NCBI GenBank assembly: GCA_964016885.1 | Contig: OZ024740.1 | Span: forward strand, 121,458,001-121,522,000 | DNA length: 64,000 bases | Reading direction: 5' to 3' | DNA from: Eledone cirrhosa | Lineage: Eukaryota | Part shown: one piece after another, positions 25,465-38,192 of the stretch | Numbering within the stretch: position 1 is the stretch's first letter | Layout: the number at the start of each line of letters is the position of its first letter | Notes under the pieces: generated by a model | What the model was told of the DNA's origin: nothing | Databases searched by the model: none | Seen by the model: only the letters and a program-made list of their open reading frames with translations | Position numbers and translations under genes: made by a program

Positions 25465-26109
25465 TATACCTGGGGAGGGTCATATTTGTGTAATATTGCC
25501 AGAATTAATAACAGAACACACTAACTGTTTGGTTGGTTTTCGATTTTCGCTTCTGTGCCTTTTATATCGCTAATCTAATTTATTCGGTCCTCAATGTTGC
25601 TATTGACTGACCAACGGTCAAAAATAATACAGATACAATATAGACACAAACACATATATATATAGTTTATCAAAGTTCTTTCTTTGCACATCTGCAACAT
25701 CGTCAGTGGTGCTATTGTTTCCTCCCGTTGCATTGTATTTTCTACACCATCTTTATTTAAAAAAATTACTAAATAAAGTTGCCGTAGAAAATACAATGCA
25801 ACGGGAGGAAACAATAGCACCACTGACGATGTGGCAGATGTGCAACGAAAGAAATTTGATAAACTATATATATGTGTTTGTGTCTATATTGTATCTGTAT
25901 TATTATTAACCGTTCGTCAGTCAATGGCAACATTGAGGACCGAATAAATTAGATTACCTATATAAAAGACACAGAAACGAAAAGCGAAAACCAACCAAAC
26001 AGTGAGTGTGTTCTGTTATTAATTCTGGCAATATTACACAAATATGACCCTCCCCAAGTATAACAATATCAGTTTAGACACACGATTTCACATCAAAAAC
26101 CTCGCAAAA

Positions 26110-26114
<5 letters not shown>
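25465..26114. mobile_element. Family B pseudo-LTR fold-back with tail
   Basis: 25465-25745 is inverted at ~25785-26064. Tail ~26068-26114. HHR-like CTGACGA-stem II-GAAA at ~25818-25860. Confidence 0.88.
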
Positions 26115-26167
<53 letters not shown>

Positions 26168-26185
26168 TATATATATATATATATA

Positions 26186-26506
26186 TAGTTATGTAATAAA
26201 CAACATAATTATTCCATTTACCAGTGGTTTCTTAAAAGCAACAAAATTTGCTTTCAATCATCAGAATGAAAAAATGCTGGTCTGTTCATTGAATTTGGAT
26301 TTTAAAAACCTGGTTTTTAAAATCCAAATTCAATAAACAGACCAGAATTTTTTCATTCTGATGATTGAAAGCAAAATTTATGCTTTTAAGAAACCACTGG
26401 TAAATGGAATAATTGCCTTATGTTGTTTATTACATAACTATTAAGCTCTGTTACCTACATAGAGCACTCTTTTTTCCTGGACTTTTCCGACGGAATTACT
26501 TCATTT
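26186..26506. mobile_element. Near-perfect palindromic HHR element (centre 26311) with tail
   Basis: Arms 26186-26310 and 26312-26440. Tail 26441-26506. Same family as 36787-36980. Confidence 0.85.
26354..26406 (+). ncRNA. Type I HHR, intact
   Basis: CATT-CTGATGA-TTGAAAGCA-aaattta-TGCTTTTAA-GAAAC-cactg-GTA-AATG. Confidence 0.88.
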
Positions 26507-26519
26507 ATATATATATATA

Positions 26520-26710
26520 GTTTTAATATAGATGAGATTCTACAGCACTAGAACTGTTTAATTCTTTAGAAATCATCAAAAATCTGATGATTTCTAACGA
26601 ATGAAACAGTTCTAGTCCTGTAAAATCTCATCTATATTAACACTTTTATACTCTGCAATGTATTGAGTACCTTACTTACTGTGGTTACCTCCGATTCAAG
26701 TCGGAATAAC

Positions 26711-26711
<1 letters not shown>
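26520..26711. mobile_element. Small fold-back with partial HHR core and tail
   Basis: 26523-26578 is inverted at 26585-26640. CTGATGA-tttctaacgaat-GAAACAGTT. Tail to 26711. Confidence 0.7.
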
Positions 26712-26742
<31 letters not shown>

Positions 26743-26744
<2 letters not shown>

Positions 26745-27113
26745 TGCTAGCGGCAACATTTAGCATCTCGCCCCATTCTTTGGTAGAACGAAAACTTGTT
26801 GATGAATTGAATCCTCTTTTACGATCATGAATCCCACGAGCTTGCCAGTTACGTATGTCTGATATTTGATTTCAGATTCATAGAAACACTTTAGTTTGAT
26901 TTGTCCAGGTGTATTTTTTCTCACCCTGTTAGTTCTTTCGTTACTTTGGTATTGTGTGTTAGATTTTGTCTATCACAATGTTCAATTTGTCAACCTATTT
27001 AAACGCATGTTATGATTCTAAGGACCTGCCTTGTCGAGGGCTTTGCTAACTCATTCATATAGTAGGTCAAATTTGCTTGCACACTGCCAAATATTCGATT
27101 TTACTAAGCATCC

Positions 27114-27117
<4 letters not shown>
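26743..27117 (+). repeat. 375-bp direct repeat, left copy
   Basis: About 7 substitutions versus 31900-32274, counted by eye. Confidence 0.95.
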
Positions 27118-27179
<62 letters not shown>

Positions 27180-27330
27180 ATACTTTGGGAGGGTCATGTT
27201 GCCAATAAGAAACACACGCACCAGTTGCTTTCACTTCAATTTAATTTAATATATATTTATAAATTTACAAATTTATAAATTTCTGGTTGGTTGGTTGGTT
27301 CCACAACCAGATATTTGTTTATATATATAT

Positions 27331-27375
27331 AGTCATAGTTCTTTCGTCACACACTCTGTGACCTCTTCAGTGACT
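27331..27375 (-). ncRNA. Minimal type I HHR (family A)
   Basis: Reverse complement of 31597-31641. Confidence 0.85.
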
Positions 27376-27535
27376 GGGGATTTCTTTCTTCGTTTCTGTG
27401 CCTTTCCTTTCTTCTATCCTACGCCATTTTGTTTGTGTGTGGGTTGCGTGCTCAGTTTGCGCATGCGCCACATCCGGGTGTCTGTGTGTGTTTGTGTTCA
27501 TTTTTCTATTTTTCTATTTATATTTGTTTGTTTAT

Positions 27536-30500
27536 TTATTTATTTATTGTTGGTTGGTTGTTTGTTCTATGTGTGTGTGTGTTTTCATTTTGTCCTTCAT
27601 TGTAAGTTGTGATGTTGCTGTTCCACTCATATTTTCTATTTAATTTTGGTTTTAATTCTTTTATGCTTACTGCCTCTGTAATTTGCCTAAACATTGCGTC
27701 TTTCTTGTGTGTGGATTCTATTTTTATTTCTATGCTCTTTAATTTACCCCTGTGTTCTATCTTAGCATGTTGGTAGAGCACAGATGATTCTTTACTATCT
27801 TGGAGGTCTCGCCAGTGTTCATTTATTCGTTCCCCTATACTACGAGCTGTCTCACCTATGTACACTATATTTTTGTTTCTACATTGTCCTTCAGTACATC
27901 TTATGCTATATACTACATTTCTAGTTTTACAGTTAATATGGGGGCTTATTTTACAGGTTATACATTTCTTATCTATACATGAGGGTCTTTGGAACGGGTA
28001 TGTCTTGCTAATAAGTGTTTTTACGGAGGTACCAGGTCTTTCTACTATCTTAATATTGAGATTATGTTTCTTTAGGGCCCTTCTAAATTTGTAGGCTAGT
28101 TCGCCTCTAGGGGTTGTATTGATGAACATTACACTCTGGTATTTATTGCTATCATACCATGAGTTTATTCTATTGGCCTTGTTCTTAGTTCTTTCTATTC
28201 TATTCCAAAATTTGCTCCTATACAAGGGGCAGGTCCCATTTATGTCATTATTTACCATTTTTTCCCATTTGGTTCTGGCTCCTTTATACACTCTGATTCT
28301 ATCTCTCTGATTGTAGCCAGAGAACTGCATACGGTGGATGAAGTGTTGTATGTGTCTCTCTAGTTCTTCGGGGTTGCACATGCGGGACACATTTCTCATC
28401 ACCCGTATCAAATCCGCAATCAGTATGTTGATTTTGGTATGGTCCGAAATGGCCGAGTTTCGGTGGATCAGATGTTTGGAAGTCATGGGTTTGGCATAAT
28501 GGGAATGGAGGATTTGTTTTTGGTTGTTAATAGTATCTAACCAGAGCTCTGTTTCTAGTACAGGTAATCGATGGTTGGGGTGTCTACTTGGGTAGTCTAT
28601 AGTAACTCTAATGCTCTGGTGGATGGAGTTTGCTATTTGCTGGATGCTTTCCATTGTGTTTTTCTCTGGTTCCTGACTGTTCTTTAGTGGGGGTGTCTTA
28701 ACTACGATGTTTATATCATCTACGTAGCGGGAGTACATTATCAGGGTTAAGCTGTCTTCCAATTGTTCTTTAAGTTTTTGTTTAAGTCTACTGTCCCACC
28801 ATACCATGAACAAGTTAGCTATGTCGCCTGCAATGCTAACACCAATGGCTGCTCCTTCCTCTTGGGCATATGTTTTACCATTAAATTTGAACATATGTTC
28901 CTTAAGGGTTAATTTTATGCTGGCCCCTACCGCATGTGCAATCATTTTCTTCAGTTCATCGTGGTTTTCGGGTGTCCGTATGGCTCTGGTCCACCCGTTC
29001 CACCTATCTGTGTGGGTTTTCTTGGCCATTGAGGTAATGGTAGGTGGTCTGCCTCTTGCTGGTCTTGTAGGACACAGGTTGCTAAGGTCATAAGTGTCTA
29101 GGTAACTATTACTATGGGTAAGCTTAAGTAGAAGTCCCAGCTCACTGGTATCAATCCCACGGAACTCAACCTTGCTCTCGCTGATCATTTCGACGCATTT
29201 CTCCACAGCAAAATCCACGTCAATAGATGGATACAGGGACACAACATCCATACTGCCTATTATGCAGTTTGTTAGGTCCCCAGATCGGTTACCCGCGCCG
29301 ATTCTGCTGAGGAGGTCCTCCGTGCTGTCACACACATCTGGGGACATCTCAATGATGGGGCGTATGATCAGGGAGAGGAAGTAGGACAGTCTGTAGTTAC
29401 TAGCAATGTTAGCCCCACAGACTGGCCGTGTTGGTGGTCCCGCGACAGGGTCCCAGCCCGTTTTATGGTCTTTTCGAAGCCCATACAACGCCGGCACGTC
29501 ATTGTTCCAGGCCTGGAAGTTGTTGGCAGTCCTTTTGTTGGGCTGCATTATATTTGTCCACATCACCATATGGGCATTGAGGGTTTTTTCTCTATCCTCA
29601 TGCTCCTGTGGTGTTACCTCTCTTGTGTTAGTGATGTGGGGTTGCATTGCCTGGATGTAGTTTGGCAGGCTGTCAACCGACATTCTGCCAGACTTGTCTG
29701 TTGGAAAGCATGCTATCTCTCCATTACGCGAGCGCTGCATGAGCTTACGCAAGCCATTTGCAGATTCTTCTCCCAGTTGCTGGGCCTCTATTCTATTATG
29801 CTTCTTGCTATACTGTTCTATAATATTTCTAAGTTCGGATTTAGCTATACTAAATTGTGCTTCTGTTTGTTCATCGACCTGCGACGGCAACTGCGTGCGT
29901 TTGTTAAATGGCAAAGTCGTGGCGTGGACTCGTCGTAGGTCGAATGATTTATCGGAGGGGTTATAAAACGGAGAGTTCCAGGCTGCTGCTTTATGTGTAC
30001 TAGTGCTATTGTTAGTTGTGTTGTTTCTATTTCCACCAACAGCAGCAGCCTCAGCTTCATGGTTGTTTCTATGTCTCTCATAATTACTCCTGTCTCTTTC
30101 CACTGGCTCAATGCTGTTATCTACCCTATTTTGTGTGTCTGTGTGTTCGTCTTGGTTATTCTCTTTGTCCTTAGTCTCCCTACTCCTTTTAATCCTATTA
30201 CTTTCTCTTATTTCTCTGATTTCTGTGCTACTGTCATTACTTGTTTTCTGTGTCTGTGTGTTTGTTAAGATTGTAGTGATGGTGAGAGGCATTGAATGTG
30301 TGTGTGTTGTTGTTGTTGATGTGTGTTGTTGTTGATGTGTGTTGTTGTCTCCGTGTGTGTGTGTGTTATCGTTGTTGTGTGTGTTGTTATTGTTGTTTGT
30401 GTTTGCGTGTCTGTTGTTGTTGTATCTGGGTATGTTGCTGTTGTTGTTGTTGTTGATGTGTGTGTTGTTGTTATTGTTGTCTCCGTGTGTGTTGTTATTG

Positions 30501-30717
30501 TTGTTTGTGTCTGCGTGTCTGTTGTATCTGGGTATGTTGCTATTGTTGGTGTTGTATCTGGGTATGTTGCTATTGTTGTTGTTATTGTTGTTTGTGTCTG
30601 TGTGTCTGTTGTTGTTGGGATGTGTGTTGTATATGTGTGTGCGTATATTGTTGCTTTTGTTTTTGTTTTTGATGCTCCAGCGTAGTTTCGTAAATGATTT
30701 TTCTATGATTTTTCTAT
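27536..30717 (-). CDS. PLE RT-GIY-YIG polyprotein, uninterrupted but 5'-truncated
   Basis: PTDKSG, PPTRPVC, SMDVVSLYPSID, QEEGAAIG, YSRYVDD, LPVLE, RMQFSGY, CIDKKCITC, VVYSIRC...YIGETARSIGERINEH...PKLN. Asn/Thr/His-rich N-terminal part. Confidence 0.92.
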
Positions 30718-31301
30718 AGGCCAATAGAATAAACTCATGGTATGATAGCAATAAATACCAGAGTGTAATGTTCATCAATACAACCCCTAGAGGCGAACTA
30801 GCCTACAAATTTAGAAGGGCCCTAAAGAAACATAATCTCAATATTAAGATAGTAGAAAGACCTGGTACCTCCGTAAAAACACTTATTAGCAAGACATACC
30901 CGTTCCAAAGACCCTCATGTATAGATAAGAAATGTATAACCTGTAAAATAAGCCCCCATATTAACTGTAAAACTAGAAATGTAGTATATAGCATAAGATG
31001 TACTGAAGGACAATGTAGAAACAAAAATATAGTGTACATAGGTGAGACAGCTCGTAGTATAGGGGAACGAATAAATGAACACTGGCGAGACCTCCAAGAT
31101 AGTAAAGAATCATCTGTGCTCTACCAACATGCTAAGATAGAACACAGGGGTAAATTAGAGAGCATAGAAATAAAAATAGAATCCACACACAAGAAAGACG
31201 CAATGTTTAGGCAAATTACAGAGGCAGTAAGCATAAAAGAATTACAACCAAAATTAAATAGAAAATATGAGTGGAACAGCAACATCACAACTTACAATTA
31301 A
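30718..31301 (+). pseudogene. Inverted duplicate of the family A GIY-YIG domain
   Basis: The 177-aa ORF differs from the minus copy at only two residues. Confidence 0.92.
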
Positions 31302-31596
31302 GGACAAAATGAAAACACACACACACAGAACAAACAACTTACAATTGAAAACACACACAAAATGAAAACACACACAAGACAAAATGAAAACACACACACA
31401 CATAGAACAAACAACCAACCAACAATAAATAAATAAATAAACAAACAAATATAAATAGAAAAATAGAAAAATGAACACAAACACACACAGACACCCGGAT
31501 GTGGCGCATGCGCAAACTGAGCACGCAACCCACACACAAACAAAATGGCGTAGGATAGAAGAAAGGAAAGGCACAGAAACGAAGAAAGAAATCCCC

Positions 31597-31641
31597 AGTC
31601 ACTGAAGAGGTCACAGAGTGTGTGACGAAAGAACTATGACT
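31597..31641 (+). ncRNA. Minimal type I HHR (family A)
   Basis: AGTCA-CTGAAGA-gGTCACA-gagtg-TGTGAC-GAAAGaaCTA-TGACT. Confidence 0.85.
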
Positions 31642-31867
31642 ATATATATATATAAACAACTATCTGGTTGTGGAACTAACCAACCAACCAGAAATTTATA
31701 AATTTGTAAATTTATAAATATATATTAAATTAAATTGAAGTGAAAGCAACTGGTGCGTGTGTTTCTTATTGGCAACATGACCCTCCCAAAGTATAACAAT
31801 ATCGGTTTCAACACACGATTTCAGATAAAGAATCTTGCTAAACAAATTCAGAAACGAAATATATATA

Positions 31868-31899
<32 letters not shown>

Positions 31900-32270
31900 G
31901 CTGCTAGCGGCAACATTTAGCATCTCGCCCCATTCTTTGCTAGAACGAAAACTTGTTGATGAATCGAATCCTCTTTTACGATCATGAATACCACGAGCTT
32001 GCCAGTTACGTATGTCTGATATTTGATTTCAGATTCATAGAAACACTTTAGTTTGATTTGTCCAGGTGTATTTTTTCTCACCCTGTTAGTTCTTTCGTTA
32101 CTTTGGTATTGTGTGTTAGATTTTGTCTACCACAATGTTCAATTTGTCAACCTATTTAAACGCATGTTATGATTCTAAGGACCTACCTTGTCGAGTGCTT
32201 TGCTAACCCATTCATATAGTAGGTCAAATTTGCTTGCACACTGCCAAATATTCGATTTTACTAAGCATCC

Positions 32271-32274
<4 letters not shown>
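31900..32274 (+). repeat. 375-bp direct repeat, right copy
   Basis: Matches 26743-27117. Confidence 0.95.
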
Positions 32275-32339
<65 letters not shown>

Positions 32340-32340
32340 A

Positions 32341-34980
32341 TTGAAATATTTGAACAGGAACAAAACAGAGAGGCAGTACAACGAATGTTTATTAATTTCA
32401 CGCTCAGGTGAGTGGGGTGGTGGTGGGGATCGACGTTTCGGACATAAGCCCTTCCTCAGGTGAGAACTGTGTGGGAACAGAGTTCAAAGGGTGTGTAGGT
32501 GAGTGGTGGAGAGACATATAGCGAAAGGAAACGGTGCGAATGAAATTAAAAATAAAAATAAAGCATGATCAAAATAAAAGGAATGAAATAAAAATAAATA
32601 TAAAAGCATGATCAAAATAAACTGAAATTAAAAAGGGGTAAAACAGGTGGTGGAAGGGTGTGAGGTGTGTAGGGGTGGTGACGGGTGGAGTGGGGGAGAG
32701 GGAGACGAGGTGTCCGAGCGGGGAGGGCTGAAGGTGGTGTGTGTGTGTAGGTGTACGTGTGTGTGTGTGTGTGTATGTGAAAGTAAGGGTTGGGGGAAGA
32801 ACGGGGTTGCATGTTCAGGAAGAGGTGTGTTTGTGTGGGGGGTTGTAGGTCGGAGTGTCTGTGCGTGTGTGTATAGAGGGGTGGGGGGAGAGGAATCAGG
32901 AGGCTGATGGTGTAAATATGTGGTGGAAAGCGTGTTGTGGGTGTAGGTGGCGTGTCGGAGAAAAAACAATTTTGGGTGTGTGTGTGTGGGTGAGATATAT
33001 AGGTGATTCTGTAAGAGGATGGTTGAAATGTTGGTAAATTCCTATGATGTTTAGTAGATTCCGTGGTGGTCAAGTTCCACATACGAGTATTCCATGAAGA
33101 GATGGTCGGAAGTGGAGAGATGTGGGGTGCGCGCGCAACAGGAAGTGGTCAAGCGGTGGGAGTGCTGTGTGTCTGTTTGTGTTGGGAGGTGGTCAGAGGG
33201 CATAGCAGCAGTCAGGTGGAATGGTAAAGGGCGAGGATGGGTAGGTGTGAAAGTTGGAGTGAGGAGGGTGTGTGTGTGTATTAGTAGAGGTGTTAGTGGG
33301 ATGAGTGAGTGTGGAGCGAGGGTGTGGGTGGGGCGGGGAGAGAAGGGTGTGTGTAGTTCCATGGAGGGAGTGTGGTGTACTGGTGTGTGTGTAGTTTGAT
33401 GAAGGGGGTGTTAGTGGGTGTTAGTATACGGGAGGTGGGGAAAGGGTTGAATGCAGGTGTGAGTGGGGGTTAGAGGTGGTAGGGTGTGTAGAGTTGGTTG
33501 TGTACGAGGGTATGTGGGTACGTGTGCGTGGGGTTGGGGGTGTTAGTTATGTTAGTTGCGTGTGGGGTGGGTGTTGTAAGTGGGTGCGTGTGTTTGTGTG
33601 CTTGGGGTCAGGGGGTGTTAGTGAGGTTAGTTGCGGGGTGGTGGGATGGAGGTGTGGGGGTGAGGGTTAGTGGTGGTATTAGGGTGTGTGTTTAGTGTGA
33701 GCGCGTGTGTATATGTGCCGGTGGGTGTGTGCGTATGATAAGGAGGGGGAGGAGAAGAAGGGAGGGATGTTAGTATGTTAGTTGGGGAAGGGTGGTCGGA
33801 TGAGGAGTGGAGTGGAGGTGTTAGTATTGTTAGTTGTGGGGTGGGCGGTGAAAAGGTGGGGTGTGTTAGTGGTGCTAGTGGGGGATAAGTGTGGGGGGAG
33901 GGGGGCGGTCGAAGGCTAAAGGAATAAGGGTGGGGAGTTCAGGCCGGGGGGAGTGTGGGTCTGTAAGATGAAGATAGTTCTTTGTTCGACTCTAAGGCGA
34001 TTGGCGGGGGTTCCGTGGCATTGGAGTAGGCCACAGACTGTGAGATGGCGTGCGGAATGTCCAGGGCCACCAAAGTGGCGGGCGATGGGGGAACTACCAC
34101 CGAGACGAATATCCTGGAGGTGCTCAGTGAATCGGTCCGCCAGGCGACGTCCCGTCTGTCCGTAGACTAGGTTGGAGGAGGTGCAGCGGAAGGCATGCCG
34201 GACAGGGAGAGAGTGGCCGTTGGGACCCTGAAAGGTGGTGGTGCTGGTGATGTGGGGAGAGGTGTTGCAGCGGGGCCTAGAACAGGGAAAAGAACCGGGG
34301 GGAAACAGAGCGTGGGTTGGGGGGTAGGGAGCTGTGGACGAGGAGGGTGCGGAGATTGCGTGCGCGTTTGAAGGAGGGGAGTGGTGGGGTTGGGAAGATG
34401 TGGGAGGTGGAGGGGTCGGACTGGAGGCGTTGGAAGAGGCGGCGGATGGTGGGGTGGAGGTGTAAGGTGGAGGGGTTGCAGGTGATGGGGAAGGGGAGGC
34501 GGTGGGTGGGTGGGTGGTGGTGTGGGGTGAGGGTGGTGGAGCGGTGGACAGCACGGGCGCGGGTGAGAGCGGTGTGGACGAGAGAGGGGGGTAACCTCTG
34601 CGGATGAAATGGCTGACTAGGGAAAGGGCCTGGGACTCGAAGTCAGCATCTCGGCTACAGAGGCGGCGGATCCTGAGGAGTAGGGAATGGAGTGTTTAGT
34701 GTGGGTGGGGTGGGAAGAGGTGAAGTCGAGGTAAGAGTGGGAGTCGGTGGGTTTGAAGAAGGCGGAGGTGACGAGGGAGTGGTGGGAGGGGTGAAGGCGA
34801 CGGAGATGTCTAAGAAGTGCACGTGGGTGGTGGAGATAGAGGTGGTGAAGTGGAGGGATGGTTGGAAGGAGCAGAAGAAGGAGAGAAAGGAGTCGAGCTG
34901 CTCTCGGGTGAGGGTCGTGGCTCCGATACAGTCGTCAATGTAACGACCGTACAGTTTGGGCGTGGGGCTGGTGTACTGGA
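32341..34980 (-). mobile_element. 5'-truncated Neptune-like PLE related to 2341-7246
   Basis: YGRYIDDCIG, PCSRPRCNTSPHI, GQTGRRLADRFTEH. HHR CTGAGGA-AGGGCTTATGTCC-GAAACGTC at ~32432-32459 (-). Confidence 0.9.
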
Positions 34981-36786
34981 TAGTAATAATAATAAATTTG
35001 AAGACTAAAACACAAGGAGGGCTCGATAAGGATAAATATATATCAAATATATAAGAACAGTAGATCAAATATTTATTAAAATAACAGATTAAAGTTTAAG
35101 CAAAGAATCGCTGCTTTCACCCTTAACGGGATCTTCTGAGATTAAAATAATTAATCTGTGAACGCAGAAGTAAATATTTCGAAGAAACGTTGCAAACGAA
35201 GGAAGACAGGACGACGATACTTTACTTCGTGGAAACGTTCCCTTGCAAAGAACGGAAAAAAACGAAGAGAATACGCCCTTATTTGGAGCTGTGAAAACAA
35301 TTACATGCAAAGACAAAATCTCGTTTATGGTATAAATGAAGTCGTAGACTGAAATTCTATTTAGGAAACCGAATGGTTCTCGCCTTCAGAGTTAAGAATA
35401 ATGTAATTAAATTACAGAGGTAATTGAAATAAAAAAAAACATTAAACATATACATGCACGTATCCATACATGTACATACACATGTATACGCGCAAAAACC
35501 CGCCATGGGTATGCAAATCCAAGCACGTACACAAAAACACGCACGTACATACAAAACCCAGGCAACGCCTGTACCCGCACACATAGGGACGTATGCACCA
35601 AATTCACAAAATATATATATAAAAAAAAATATAAATATATATATATAAATATGTATGTGTGTGTGCGCGTGTATAAATATAATTATAAAAACGTATATAA
35701 ATATACACACATACATACGTATATAGCGCCCGGACACACATACCTACAAGTAAATACACATACGTTCGCTAAACGCACGTCAACCAAAACACAAGCACAC
35801 ATATACACACACCCGACATACGTGCGTACCCGCATACTTACACAGACGCAAACTCACGTATACACATAACCATATGCACATGTACCAGTATATATAATAT
35901 AATATATAGGCCTGTAACATATACAAGCAAATATACATAGCTTCACAAACATACAGGTAATATATACTTACCTATACAAATAAGTAATGGTATAAACATA
36001 ACATATAATTAGCTACCACATCATGACGTAAATTATCCGCGTATAGTTCGTACTATCCGTTAGGGTATAATGTGAGGCTGTAATACAGGAAAGTGTTGTG
36101 CAATTTATATTTACAAGCCGAAATTGACTCATATTTTTTTTTTAAGATGTGGTCTTCGGCCTAGAGTATTTCCAGGTCTTCAGCGGCGCAGAGGTCACAT
36201 GGACTTTTATTTCCTTTATACGATCTAGCCTTAGCTAAGATCTCTCAGTGTAACTTATATTGGTGTGGTTGTCTTTTAGCCTCCAGATATAAGCTGAAAG
36301 TGACGTCATATTCCTTCTTAAATGATAACGAAAAGAATGGGTATGCATGTAAAGACGCTGCTTGAATCTATTGGCGGTTAACCCTATTTAGGCCCTACGG
36401 TACGTGGGTGTTTCAACTTTACATTTGTAGACAATGTTACTAGAGAGACATTTCCCGGATAGGGGGCAGTCAACCCTATTCCTACAATTACACTTAGTAC
36501 TAGCTACAGTGTTGCACGTGTTCCTACGGCTAGGTAATTTAACTAAATTTGAAGCTGTGATGTTATGTGCAGTGTTAGGAGTCATAGAGTAAGACATTTT
36601 AATGGTATTTCTATTCAAAATGTTACTATATTTATGTGCTGGGGGGAAATGCTTCATAATAAGGGAGAGAAATATCTTATCTAATGGTGTAGCCACCTCC
36701 ATATTATATGGTGGGTTATACCATATAATGCGTCGGGATCTCTTTTTCCTAGGTCTTTTCTCATACTCAGTATATGCTACCTTATC

Positions 36787-36980
36787 TAGGCAACAGAGCT
36801 TAATAGTTATGTAATAAACAACATAAGGCAATTATTCCATTTACCAGTGGTTTCTTAAAAGCAAAAGATTTTGCTTTCAATCCTCAGAATGAAAAAATCC
36901 TGGTCTGTTTATTGAATTTGGTTTGAAATCAAAATCTTTGCTTTTAAGAAACCACTGGTAAATGCAATAATTGCCTTATG
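36787..36980. mobile_element. Fold-back HHR element (26186 family) with short TSD
   Basis: Intact HHR at 36838-36891 (-). Flanked by TATGCTACCTTATC at 36773-36786 and 36977-36990. Confidence 0.85.
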
Positions 36981-37021
36981 CTACCTTATCGTCAAATCGT
37001 ACGAATATTTGCTTGCATGCG

Positions 37022-37198
37022 TGGCAGTATCAGTAGAGGGTCGGACGCCATGCTTTCCAGCATAGTTACGGCCATTTACGATCTGAGTTCAAATCCCGCC
37101 GAGGTGGACTTTGCCCTTCATCCTTACGGGGTCGATAAAATAAAGTACCAGTAATGCACTGGGTAATTGCTGGCCTTGTGCCTAAAGTAGAAACAATT
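37022..37198 (+). mobile_element. tRNA-derived SINE
   Basis: A box-like TGGCAGTATCAGTAG, B box-like GAGTTCAAATCC, and core GCCCTTCATCCTTACGGGGTCGATAAA. Confidence 0.88.
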
Positions 37199-38192
37199 AT
37201 ATTATATATACTGGTACATGTGAATATGGTTATGTGTATACGTGAGTTTTGCGCCTGTGTGAGTATGCGGGTTAGCACGTATGTCGGGTGTGTGTATATG
37301 TGTACTTGTGTTTTGGTTGACGTGCGTTTAGCGAACATATGTGTATTTACTTGTAGGTATGTTTGTGCGCGTGTTAAATACGTATATATGTGTGTATATT
37401 TATATACGTTTATATAATTGTATGTATACACGCACACACACATAATATATATTTATATATATATATATATTGTGCATTTGGTGCGTACGTTCGTATGTGT
37501 GCCGGTACAGGCGTTGCGTGGGTTCTGTATGTACGTGCGTGTTTTTGTGTACGTGCTTGTATTTGCATACCCATGGCGGCTGTTTTCGCGTATGATTGTG
37601 TATGTACGTATATGGATGCGCGCATGTATATATTTAATGTTTTTTTGATTTCATTTAACTCTGTAATTTATTTACATTATTCTTAACTCTGCAGCCGAGA
37701 ATCATTCGGTTTCCTAAATAGAATTTTACTTACGAGTTCAGTTATACCATAGATGTGGTTTTTGTCTTTGCGCGATATTGTTCTCAACGCACCTCATAAT
37801 GACGTATTATCTTCATTTTTGTCTGTTCATTGCCAGAGAACGTTTCCACGAACCACCTAATAGAATATTAGTCTACGACTTCATTTATACTATAAATGTG
37901 TTTTTGACTTTGCGTGTAATTGTTTTCAACTGTCCAAATAATGGCGTATTATCTTCGGTTTTTCCGTACTTTGCCAAGGAACATTTCGACGAACCAAAGT
38001 ATCATCTTCCTGTCTTCCTTCGGTTGCAACGTTTTTCGAAATATTTACTTCTGCGTTCACTGATTGATTATTTTCCCGTGTTCAATCATTTTTTTTGCTA
38101 TGGCAATGCGGCAAGACAGCCGATCGCTATATTTGATTTGCAAAGCTGCCTAAACGTATTGTTATTACTCTGGAGTATTATTCTCTATCGAT

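Larger units (their letters stand above)
27174..31860 (-). mobile_element. Young PLE, family A: 3.5-kb minus copy plus 1.1-kb inverted tail-bearing copy
   Basis: Minus copy 27174-30717. Inverted copy 30718-31800 mirrors 27174-28179. Tail 31801-31860. Confidence 0.95.
34985..38070 (-). mobile_element. Hydra-like PLE fragment with long inverted 3' UTR arms, interrupted by a fold-back element and a SINE
   Basis: IIWYNPPY...ILNRNTIKMSYS...CNCRNRVDCPLSGKCLSSNIVYKC (36388-36790). 35151-35900 is inverted at 37200-38066. Confidence 0.78.

Noticed and set aside
30718-30778. N-terminus MMNITLWYLLLSYHEFILLA of the 1080-aa ORF
   Set aside because: It is antisense of the inverted arm fused at the inversion junction. 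The true start (MTLPKYNN) is missing from this copy.
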